A DNA stretch of 64,000 nt from a virus. The notes beneath the pieces were generated by a model, which did not search any database, had not been told where the DNA came from, and worked only from the letters and a program-made list of their open reading frames with translations. A program made the translations under genes and the position numbers. The stretch covers positions 1-64,000 of the IMG/VR virus record IMGVR_UViG_3300020048_000027; one strand, 5' to 3'. This document shows positions 28,801-36,176 of the stretch, piece after piece (within the stretch, counting starts at the first letter, position 1; every line of letters begins with the position of its first letter).

Positions 28801-29131
28801 CCTCAATTGGAAAAAGTACTGTTATTATTTCACCTGAGTTATAGTACTTTTTACCTGTGTATTTTTCACTTTTAAAAGGGACTATTAAACTATTTGGTGA
28901 ACTATTTGCTTGTTTTATTAACCTTTGTTTAACCTCTTTTTTATCGTCTCCTTCAAAATATACTATTAAGTCTAGATCTCCATAATCTGGTTTTGTTCCT
29001 ACCTTTACGCTACCTGATAATGTTGCTAATTTAAAACCAGGTATTTTTTCTAGAAAGGTTTTTATATATTTGTTGAACGTACTCTGTACGTCTACCTTCT
29101 GTATGCGGTTTCCTCCTGCTACGCCGCTCAA
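25880..29131 (-). CDS. six-domain polyvalent protein: Pol-beta-like NTase + Cys-His-Asp (transglutaminase/papain-like) + HIGH-family nucleotidyltransferase + zincin + DUF5661-like + zincin
   Basis: GSV...DYGDLDL and IQVD; GFCDIFA...GHVW...YYDAE; YAGGFKPPHRAH...LSATTMR; THEMIHHMQ...EEEAY; GAKIEL...MLSKDINYY; RHEIEHLTH...EVDANIQG. Confidence 0.7.
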   Translation of the reverse strand: MSGVAGGNRIQKVDVQSTFNKYIKTFLEKIPGFKLATLSGSVKVGTKPDYGDLDLIVYFEGDDKKEVKQRLIKQANSSPNSLIVPFKSEKYTGKKYYNSGEIITVLFPIEGKPGEFIQVDNIIALSEEEHAFKNNFLDLPAEKQGLILGLSKVVLLEENPAEIFKRLSIGDLPTLDSNEEFEFNLSSNKLTLRKVKLENFSQVSREDLWSSTNWDLIKELFRNYNLDANFDELLAEIGRKVKNPRSKSRIKGIFNSMVSVKTGEVGTEKAKGKEYALNAVNTLLEDENIDYKDLLSQTEKEALEIVHKNWDVFDGKECNKGFCDIFAYKLQKRLPGSVIMHTEEMEGPNESFGHVWLEYKGKYYDAETPKGVSTWKKLPWMKAFNVKNKRYPSDVENLTEEVSTGEVIALYAGGFKPPHRAHFNNARILAGKADKLIIFIGPKIREGIRISPEQSEKIWQIYAEYLNVPVEIRISSVTPVRDIYDFVDQNKDNYSKIITGALEEELAKFIYFEKNREKYPNVEVLVLPKIGDEENKLSATTMRSSVRYLKNGEWIPDEIGEKGRKAVTQIAMKNAPTEQEILMHEALNTTLDNMFETQEEESSKDFHGAAIKPGEVVSSEQRAELADTYGQILNLLGNEEYEINFNGDHIIVKRKTEKGTVGHDYTPYMASILEHMIKEGMKVVPIPEVCIKRDASESANFFGRTAYYDPDEKKVVLYVEGRHPKDIMRSFTHEMIHHMQNLEGRLGQIESSDTNSSTHLREIEEEAYLKGNITFRNWEDKVKNLGKETSQDIEKMKTTDESIRDRGGRTEETISTLASKYNVGVSTILGKLANGAKIELKDNDFSEDLAMQQAFNMLSKDINYYNRSKEEIPQIMSEGRYDTITNQVSSDIFRYWKNNIDSQEDSIVYEESYDNNDVAFDVKAVLVVEEGYGKLTMDGGADYSAEAEYDDYIEAVFTVDPEMLPEAWEIISMNLKDIIRHEIEHLTHSDSDNTKTGKFLEDDNTIRALVKAGIVRNAEYFKLEKEVDANIQGLYYKAKKQKVSFAAAAEEYLKGQDITLQEKEEIKELWRKRLPALGIKEKL

Positions 29132-29160
29132 AATGGTAAGTATTCTAATGTATTCATAAT

Positions 29161-30072
29161 TTATACTGCTTTATATGGTGTTAGCTTAGACTCATCAGGT
29201 AAAAATTTACCTTTTAAACCTAATTCAGACTGTCTAGATATCCAGTATTTCTGTAAGTCCTCTGGTATATCCGCTCTTGTACTGTCTAATATTTTTAAAT
29301 AAGTATCCAATACATTTGCTAGGTCCTGTTCGCTAAGATCTTTTCTAAGCTTTTCCATTAGTTTAAAATAATCTCCTAACACTGTATTATCAAACTCTGT
29401 ATTATACAAGGTGCTTAATAGTTTAATTGCTTTTCTAGGAGTATCGGCTTCGATTTCTTGGGTCTGTTTGTTCTTTACGCCGTAGTTATGTGAAAATGTA
29501 TATCCCTTATTTGCGAATAAAGATATCATAAGTTGAGTTCTATGTAAACCTTTTACATTACCTTTATATGTTGCAGAATGATATGCAAATTCTAACCACT
29601 TTACATCCCCTATGTTAATATCTATTTGTACTCCTACATGTAATTTCTCTCCTTTTTCATCGTACTGAGGGAATGCTAAAAATAGAGCTCCTGCTCCTGA
29701 TCCTTTTTCATCCACATCTATATCTGTGTTTGCTCCTTCTATTTTTCTTGCCATAGAAGTTATTATCGCACGTTTAATTAACTGCTTATCTGTAGCTGTT
29801 TTTGATCTTGTCTTAAACTTTAAAAAGAATTCAGTTACCTCCTTCTTATCTAATCCCCAATCTTCTATTTTTTTAAACACATCTCCCGATAAAGCTAAGT
29901 CAATATCTCCTGAGTAATCTTTCTTATAAACTGATCCTAAAGGTCTAATATCCTTAAAATACTTTCTTGCACCTGGGAAAAGTATCCCTAAATGCTCGTA
30001 AAACTTTTTTAAGGTTGGTGCTATGTGCTCTTTCTTAATTGGTGCTGTTGTATTAAATATATTTCCTCCCAT
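29161..30072 (-). CDS. Pol-beta-superfamily nucleotidyltransferase
   Basis: LGSVYKKDYSGDIDLAL (hGS..DxD) plus VQIDINI third Asp; paralogous to the N-terminus of 25880..29131. Confidence 0.75.
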   Translation of the reverse strand: MGGNIFNTTAPIKKEHIAPTLKKFYEHLGILFPGARKYFKDIRPLGSVYKKDYSGDIDLALSGDVFKKIEDWGLDKKEVTEFFLKFKTRSKTATDKQLIKRAIITSMARKIEGANTDIDVDEKGSGAGALFLAFPQYDEKGEKLHVGVQIDINIGDVKWLEFAYHSATYKGNVKGLHRTQLMISLFANKGYTFSHNYGVKNKQTQEIEADTPRKAIKLLSTLYNTEFDNTVLGDYFKLMEKLRKDLSEQDLANVLDTYLKILDSTRADIPEDLQKYWISRQSELGLKGKFLPDESKLTPYKAV

Positions 30073-30091
30073 GTTTATTTTTATATTACTC

Positions 30092-30126
30092 TCTAAATAT
30101 ACGAAATCTTATGTATATACGCAACT
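30092..30126 (-). promoter_or_regulatory. Bacteroidota-type (early/middle) promoter
   Basis: AGTTG-N20-TATATTTAG, same spacing as in the early array. Confidence 0.65.
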
Positions 30127-30145
30127 ACTTTTTAATAAATAGTGT

Positions 30146-30928
30146 TTAAAGTTTAATAGATATAGGGTAAGATTTATATTTGGGTTCAATTTGCTTATTC
30201 TCAAGCTTGTACAGCTTATAGATTAGTTTAAATAGCTCAAAATTTTCGTCAATATCGTCTACTACCTTAACCTGCCATCCTTTACCTTGCATGATATCCT
30301 TCTTATTTGAAGCACTTCTCGTGGAGGCTTTTAACCAGACTACCCCCATTTTATCTATCTTAATACCTTTTAACTCTTCGAGTGCTTTAGCATAAGCTGA
30401 TAGCTGTAATTCAAAGGTCTTATGTAATGTATTGGATGTTTTAATATCGAGTAGCCATGTTTCTCCGTGCATCTTAACAACTAAATCTGCTGTACCTGCA
30501 TATTGATGTTCATCTGAGTATACGAAGTCTTCTGTTGAAATAAGCTCCGGTTTTTCTTGTTTCCAGAAGTCTGCAAACTTTAGTATCATATCCCACACCA
30601 ATTCATTATATTTTGCTTGACCGTATTCATCTAACCAATTTACTTCTTCTCCTTTTACTAACGCTTCAGCGGCTTCGTGTACCTGAGTACCTTCCTTGCC
30701 TGCTTTCCTCATTATTATATCAGAGTTGTGTCCTACATCTTTTATCCAATTCTCGAAGAATTTGTTTTTTGGCATATATTGCAATATACTTGTAACGGAA
30801 GGGTAGTAAAGGCCTTCTCTTCTTTCATAGACCCTATTATCTAAAAAGTCAATTCTTTTAATCTCTGGATTAAATTTTAAATTCTTTTTACTATGTTCTA
30901 CTAATATGTTACTTCCTTGTTGTATCAT
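30146..30928 (-). CDS. PD-(D/E)xK exonuclease
   Basis: YYPSVTSIL, GTQVH, YAGTADL, LLDIKTS, LQLSAYA. Confidence 0.85.
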   Translation of the reverse strand: MIQQGSNILVEHSKKNLKFNPEIKRIDFLDNRVYERREGLYYPSVTSILQYMPKNKFFENWIKDVGHNSDIIMRKAGKEGTQVHEAAEALVKGEEVNWLDEYGQAKYNELVWDMILKFADFWKQEKPELISTEDFVYSDEHQYAGTADLVVKMHGETWLLDIKTSNTLHKTFELQLSAYAKALEELKGIKIDKMGVVWLKASTRSASNKKDIMQGKGWQVKVVDDIDENFELFKLIYKLYKLENKQIEPKYKSYPISIKL

Positions 30929-31860
30929 AAATCTCCTAGTTTGTATTGCATTATCCTCCGTAAGGTTAACTCTTTTGCTGTTTGAATATGTTTTGTAAAT
31001 TTCACAAAACCCATTTCACTTGGGTCTTTTTCTTCCATATCTACGATATAGACTTTCTTTCCTAATGTTATTAATTTTTCTGCATGAATTAAGGATGATT
31101 TTATTGCATCTTTATCTAGTGCTAAGTATATATCTTCTGATTTTGATTTTAATAACTGTTTGACTAAGCAGTTTGACATTGATTTTCCTAAGATAGGAAT
31201 ACTATTACGTTTAATAGCAATTGCATCAAATACTCCTTCACATAGTATTATTGGCTGATTCCAGTTGATCAGGTTTTCAAAAAATACAATATCTTTTGAA
31301 ACTACTGGGTTATTGTATTTACGGTTATCTCTGTTATAAGTTCTTGCAACAAAATAGTTGAGACGATTGGATTCAGAATAACTTGGAATAATGATTCGTC
31401 CTCCATAGTCTCCAGTTGTTGCGTACCCAATATTATATTTAATAAAATCATTGTCGCTAAGTCCTCTCCCATATAGATATTTTTTTACTGTATTTGCTAT
31501 TATTGAAGTTCCTGAAGCTTTGTATATAGGTTGGAACTCTTTTGGCAGTTCCACTACTACATCTACGTAGTACTCATATTTTTTACCTTTCTTTACGTAC
31601 TGTAATATATCTTGAGCTTTCTCTTTAGGTAGGTTTATTTTCTTAAGTAAAGAGTGTATAGTTTTTCCTCTAGTTCCTTCAGATCCGCATACCCAACATT
31701 CCCAAGGATTTTCTCCTTTTTCGTTTGTGTTTAAGTTTATTTCTAATTTAGGTTTAGCATGATTACATACAGGACAATGGAAAGCATAATTATCTCTCGA
31801 CTTTTTATGACCCTTGCCTATTACATTTTCTAACGCACCTAATAGAATTGCATACTCCAT
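30925..31860 (-). CDS. DNA primase (CHC2 zinc finger + TOPRIM)
   Basis: CPVCNH...WECWVC, RIIIP, YxNP, LCEGVFDA, LALDKDA, KDPSE. Confidence 0.9.
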   Translation of the reverse strand: MEYAILLGALENVIGKGHKKSRDNYAFHCPVCNHAKPKLEINLNTNEKGENPWECWVCGSEGTRGKTIHSLLKKINLPKEKAQDILQYVKKGKKYEYYVDVVVELPKEFQPIYKASGTSIIANTVKKYLYGRGLSDNDFIKYNIGYATTGDYGGRIIIPSYSESNRLNYFVARTYNRDNRKYNNPVVSKDIVFFENLINWNQPIILCEGVFDAIAIKRNSIPILGKSMSNCLVKQLLKSKSEDIYLALDKDAIKSSLIHAEKLITLGKKVYIVDMEEKDPSEMGFVKFTKHIQTAKELTLRRIMQYKLGDL

Positions 31861-31877
31861 ATATAACAGTTTATCTA

Positions 31878-31911
31878 GCTAAGATACGAAAAAAGATTTG
31901 AATTACCAAAT
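31878..31911 (-). promoter_or_regulatory. Bacteroidota-type promoter of the primase gene
   Basis: TTTG ... TTCG-TATCTTAG. Confidence 0.55.
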
Positions 31912-31945
31912 CTTCTTTCTTTTACTTGTACGTACTGTACTCCTA

Positions 31946-32377
31946 CTATACGTCTGTCATTTTTAAATGTCCAGTCTTAGGGTCTACCATAAAGTTATCT
32001 GGTCTAATATCCAGCTCTTCCGGGTCTATTCCTAAGTTGCTAGCCTCCTTTTCTAAGTTATCTAAGAACTCTTCTGGCATCTCCGATTTGTTTTTTCCCA
32101 TAATCGGCATTGTAATTATGCCCAGTTTTTCAGATAACCTTTCTACATCGTAAATGTATACGAAGTTATTTGTTTTTTTACCTTTCAGTATTTCTGCATG
32201 ATCTAGTTCTATAGGATCTGTTGTTACTTTATAAGCTTTCCCGTTTAATAAGTATACTGATCCGTAATCTCCTGAACCTATATATTTTGCACCTTCATCT
32301 TCCAACTTATCTACCTCTCGATTAAATTTAGCATCGTATTCGAGCGGCCCTTCTAATATAATCCTAGAGAGTTTCAT
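31946..32377 (-). CDS. minimal protein-kinase-like (PKL) enzyme with capsid-targeting-like leader
   Basis: YIGSGDYGSVY Gly loop, AYKVT, DIRPDNF catalytic loop, LKMTD; MKLSRIILEG leader. Confidence 0.75.
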   Translation of the reverse strand: MKLSRIILEGPLEYDAKFNREVDKLEDEGAKYIGSGDYGSVYLLNGKAYKVTTDPIELDHAEILKGKKTNNFVYIYDVERLSEKLGIITMPIMGKNKSEMPEEFLDNLEKEASNLGIDPEELDIRPDNFMVDPKTGHLKMTDV

Positions 32378-32832
32378 TAGCTAACGTCCATTGAATCATC
32401 ATAACTTGCTTCTATTTCGAGAGCTTGTAATTGCTCTACAATATTATCCAATATAGTACTATCGTATCTTCGCGGTATCTTCACCCCTTCAACACCTAAG
32501 TAATCTAGTAGATCGTTTGCCTCTTCTATACCTAGCTTATCTCTTTGTTCTCCTCTAAATAAATAAGTAGTATAGTACCGTCCTGATCCTGCTATATATG
32601 TTATATCAATTTTACTTATATTGTCCACAAGTCCCTCTGATAGATCGTTTGACATTGTTAAGTCCAAAAATGCAGATGCTACTGCATATTTAAGTCTTTC
32701 GTAATTTAATTCTGGAAATGTCTTAAATATTTCGTCTGCTACAACTTTCACTCTTTTTGAGGCCTTCTCATTAGACTGTTCAACTCTACTGGTTACCTCG
32801 TCTGCCTCTATTAGTATTCTAGATAGTTTCAT
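32377..32832 (-). CDS. hypothetical protein with capsid-targeting-like leader
   Basis: MKLSRILIEA; internal LSEG site; TATTTATA at 32858-32865. Confidence 0.7.
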   Translation of the reverse strand: MKLSRILIEADEVTSRVEQSNEKASKRVKVVADEIFKTFPELNYERLKYAVASAFLDLTMSNDLSEGLVDNISKIDITYIAGSGRYYTTYLFRGEQRDKLGIEEANDLLDYLGVEGVKIPRRYDSTILDNIVEQLQALEIEASYDDSMDVS

Positions 32833-32993
32833 CCTATATTAATTTCTGTTAATTTATTATAAATAGCACTTTTTACCTTCCAACTCCTTTTTTTCTTTCT
32901 ATTGTTGCTCTTAAAGTTACCTGTGGTTTAACACATATACACCTTATCACAATATCCTTACAGTAGCTACGTTGAGTTCGTTAAAGTACCTAC

Positions 32994-33464
32994 TTACTCA
33001 ATATGATTAAAGTCCTTCCTGTAGAACTTTGCTAGAATGTTGTCGTTTATATACTCACTACTGCCCTCAAGTACTTCCTTAGCAAATAAGTATTTAGTTT
33101 CGTAGTATGTTAATAGTTTTTTTGTAGCTACATATGTAAGTATCTCTCTAGTAAATTCTGTTTGTTTATTTGCTTTAACTAGTGCGAGAATATCTTTATG
33201 TGACCCGTAGTATGTTTTCCAATCACTTTCTGAGATTACTTTAATCTTTGCTGGTGCTCTTCCTTTTAGTCCTTTCTCTTTTCTTTCTACTTTAAGGTCT
33301 TCTAAAGCTTTTTTACCTAGCTTCTTATTCCTTTCAAAGTTAATAACTTTCTTTCCTATGTACCTCTTTTGAGTTGGCGTATGAAGTACCTCATAAATAA
33401 ATCCAAAAGTACCCTCTGGCATGTCCTCTATATTTTCTATAACTTTTCCTTTATATAACCACAT
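32994..33464 (-). CDS. GIY-YIG family nuclease-like protein
   Basis: GFIY...YIGKK, ESDWKTYYGS, FTREIL, YYE, YINDNI. Confidence 0.8.
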   Translation of the reverse strand: MWLYKGKVIENIEDMPEGTFGFIYEVLHTPTQKRYIGKKVINFERNKKLGKKALEDLKVERKEKGLKGRAPAKIKVISESDWKTYYGSHKDILALVKANKQTEFTREILTYVATKKLLTYYETKYLFAKEVLEGSSEYINDNILAKFYRKDFNHIE

Positions 33465-33486
33465 TTTAATTTTACGTTAAAGTTAA

Positions 33487-34428
33487 CTACCTTCTAAATA
33501 CCACAGATCCTGAGAATGGACTACTGAATGTTACTTCCGATGTGTTAAGACCGGTGCTTTTTACTGTTTGCGGGATTGTCATCTCATATACTCCGGATGA
33601 GATGTATCTATAAGCAACAACTGTTGGAAATCTGCTATCCAAACTGTGCGTTACCGGTAAGAAAGCGTAAGCACCTCCGGTTACTACTACCTCTACTGGC
33701 GGTATTGATCCTGAGATTACACCTGGAGGTAATAAAGCTTTTACTTGAACTGATCCGGAAACTACACCTATAGGCAGTAAAGCCTTTACTTGAACTGATC
33801 CGGAAACTACACCTGGAGGTAACAATGATTTCACTTGGATAGATCCGGAAACTACTCCTAAAGGTAATAAAGCTTTTACTTGAACTGATCCGGAAACTAC
33901 ACCTATAGGCAGTAAAGCCTTTACTTGAACTGATCCGGAAACTACACCTGGAGGTAACAATGATTTCACTTGGATAGATCCGGAAACTACTCCTAAAGGT
34001 AATAAAGCTTTTACTTGAACTGATCCGGAAACTACACCTATAGGCAGTAAAGCCTTTACTTGAACTGATCCGGAAACTACACCTGGGGGTAGTACCTGTT
34101 TCACTGCGGCAGCTCCAGATGCAATAGTTGCAGCAGTTACTCCGTTAATAAATTGAGTACTTGAAGTATTTAGTATAATTGTTCTTGATTCAGCTATAGA
34201 TCCTCCACCAAGCAATCCTGCAGTCCCTGTTATTTGAACTGCGGTATGATCTATGTGCCTACTGGCAGAGTACCCTACAGTTTCATTATGATACACAATA
34301 CCTGGTGAAGCAATTATTCCTGTTAAGCCGGATCCGTCCCCTACAAAAGATCCTGTAAATCCGAGAGAAGCCGTCAAGCTTCCTTGTACGGTAATCGATC
34401 CTGTAAAGCTTGTGTTTGCTCCGCTCAT
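33487..34428 (-). CDS. fibre-like structural protein with 15-aa tandem repeats
   Basis: GSFVGDGSGLTG; 9 x (V/I)QVK(A/S)LLPxGVVSGS; C-terminal VTHSL...P.V motif. Confidence 0.75.
   Translation of the reverse strand: MSGANTSFTGSITVQGSLTASLGFTGSFVGDGSGLTGIIASPGIVYHNETVGYSASRHIDHTAVQITGTAGLLGGGSIAESRTIILNTSSTQFINGVTAATIASGAAAVKQVLPPGVVSGSVQVKALLPIGVVSGSVQVKALLPLGVVSGSIQVKSLLPPGVVSGSVQVKALLPIGVVSGSVQVKALLPLGVVSGSIQVKSLLPPGVVSGSVQVKALLPIGVVSGSVQVKALLPPGVISGSIPPVEVVVTGGAYAFLPVTHSLDSRFPTVVAYRYISSGVYEMTIPQTVKSTGLNTSEVTFSSPFSGSVVFRR
33706..34104. repeat. 45-bp coding tandem repeat (9 units, 135-bp higher-order period)
   Basis: gatccggaaactac recurs at 33752, 33797, 33842, 33887, 33932, 33977, 34022, 34067. 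Confidence 0.95.
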
Positions 34429-34429
34429 A

Positions 34430-35131
34430 TTATGAAGTTCGTATTAATATGAAGTTATCACTTCTGTATAATCCTCCTACAGGTACACCACCAGCTGCTG
34501 CTGCGGTATCGTTAACATAATTACGACTTGTAAGAACTTCTGATAATATTAAAAATCCATCTACATGTTCAACGTTTCCTATTATGTTGCTGCTTCCTGA
34601 TAGTATAAGTGATCCTGTTATTTCGCTTGTTCCACTTACCTTAATCTTTCCTGTTACAGCTACTTTTCCTGTATTTGTTTGATTTCCTACTAGTTTTAAT
34701 GATCCTAGTATTTCTAGAGATCCTGTTCTTTCATGAACATCGTCTGCAGTATCCCCAAACCTGGTTGAGCCGCTTTCGTAGATCACTGAATTATTAACAA
34801 GTTCTGTTTGAAATTCTTGAGCAGTTAATCTTCCTGTAACTATTAGTGATCCTGTAATCTCTTGATTACCTTCTAACTTAAGTAGGTTTTTTTGATACTG
34901 GTACTTAAACTTACTACTTCCGGCTAATTGGGTTGACCCACTTTTAAAGATTATCTGTGTGTCTGTTGCATTATCTGAGCCTATATTATGGGTTATAGAG
35001 CTGCCCGATGTGTAAAGGGTTATGCTACTTCCCTCCAGAGAAGAGGAGTGATAGAAGCCTTTAAGGTTATTATCCATCTCTGTATGAGTAATAGCTGATC
35101 CTTTCCCTGCTCTTGTTGTTATTATTGCCAT
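34430..35131 (-). CDS. fibre/structural protein
   Basis: RAGKGSAITHTEMDNNL N-terminal motif; ITGSL repeats; paralogue of 35156..36166. Confidence 0.7.
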   Translation of the reverse strand: MAIITTRAGKGSAITHTEMDNNLKGFYHSSSLEGSSITLYTSGSSITHNIGSDNATDTQIIFKSGSTQLAGSSKFKYQYQKNLLKLEGNQEITGSLIVTGRLTAQEFQTELVNNSVIYESGSTRFGDTADDVHERTGSLEILGSLKLVGNQTNTGKVAVTGKIKVSGTSEITGSLILSGSSNIIGNVEHVDGFLILSEVLTSRNYVNDTAAAAGGVPVGGLYRSDNFILIRTS

Positions 35132-35155
35132 TTTACTTTATATTTTGTTTAACTC

Positions 35156-36166
35156 CTACCATGTTGTAGCTAATGCTCTGATCCATGAATTTGTAGCTGT
35201 GCATATATACAGTCCTGTTGATGTTAATCTTATCTCCCCTCTTGTTCCAATGGAGCCTGAGGTTGCTGGTGCTGTGTTTAAGTCGGATAGTCTAAGTTGA
35301 GTTACTGTTGCTGTTCCCTGCAAGCCTATAGATCCTGTTAGAATTGTGTTTCCTACTCTAGTAATTCCTCCCGTTACTACCTCATTACCTGTTCTAATAC
35401 TATTTCCTACTAAGTTATAAGATCCAGATATATTAACGGATCCTGTTATTTGATGTGTATCGTTAGCACTGTCTCCAAACTTGGTTGAACCGCTTTGATA
35501 TACTATTGAACTGTTAACAAGTTCCGTACGAAACTCTTGAGCTGTAACTGTACCTGTAACCTTTAATGATCCTGTAATCTCTACCGGGCCTGTAAATCCT
35601 ATACTAGGACCTGTCCATAGAAAAGATCCTGAACCATCTAATTTTGCTTGAGGTATTTCAACTCCAAATCCTGTATTACTTCCGGATGTTGAAAATGATC
35701 CTGATACTACTACATCTCCTAAAAGTAATGTACTTCCTTCTGATATGAATGATGTTTTAGAAACTACTGCTTGTTGAAATTCGACTGCTCCACCTACTGT
35801 TAGGGTATCCGTAAATTCTACAGGACCGTCCCAATACTGCTCTCCTATTCCGTGAAGAGATGCAGTTGGTGTTACTGTGTTTATACCTACCCTACTTGCT
35901 GCAGGATTATACATAAAACCAGCTGCTCCTGTTATTTGACTTCCGCTACGGAAAAGCACGCTTAATGGCGGTGCATCTTCTACGTTATATAACGGTATTT
36001 CGTGTACAGGATTTTGTATAGGTACGTTTATGCTGCTTGCATAATGCAGTAATAAAGTAGCTCCATTATCTATAACAGAACTTGAATAGAAACATGAACC
36101 GAAATTCTCATCCATTTCTGAATAAGTAAGTGCTTCACTTTTATCTGCTCTAAATATAATACTCAT
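35156..36166 (-). CDS. fibre/structural protein
   Basis: RADKSEALTYSEMDENF; VGINTVTP; shared TAQEFxTELVN...SGSTxFGD block. Confidence 0.7.
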   Translation of the reverse strand: MSIIFRADKSEALTYSEMDENFGSCFYSSSVIDNGATLLLHYASSINVPIQNPVHEIPLYNVEDAPPLSVLFRSGSQITGAAGFMYNPAASRVGINTVTPTASLHGIGEQYWDGPVEFTDTLTVGGAVEFQQAVVSKTSFISEGSTLLLGDVVVSGSFSTSGSNTGFGVEIPQAKLDGSGSFLWTGPSIGFTGPVEITGSLKVTGTVTAQEFRTELVNSSIVYQSGSTKFGDSANDTHQITGSVNISGSYNLVGNSIRTGNEVVTGGITRVGNTILTGSIGLQGTATVTQLRLSDLNTAPATSGSIGTRGEIRLTSTGLYICTATNSWIRALATTW

Positions 36167-36176
36167 AATTTACTTT

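Noticed and set aside
30146-30928. Cas4 / CRISPR adaptation gene
   Set aside because: PD-(D/E)xK fold but no four-Cys Fe-S motif; adjacent to primase, typical of a phage replication/recombination exonuclease.
32870-32990. Possible GTG-started 25-aa ORF between the GIY-YIG gene and 32832
   Set aside because: Too short, no leader or motif support.
33706-34104. CRISPR array or DGR template/variable repeat
   Set aside because: No spacers, the repeat is in-frame coding, differences are not adenine-specific and there is no reverse transcriptase in the window.
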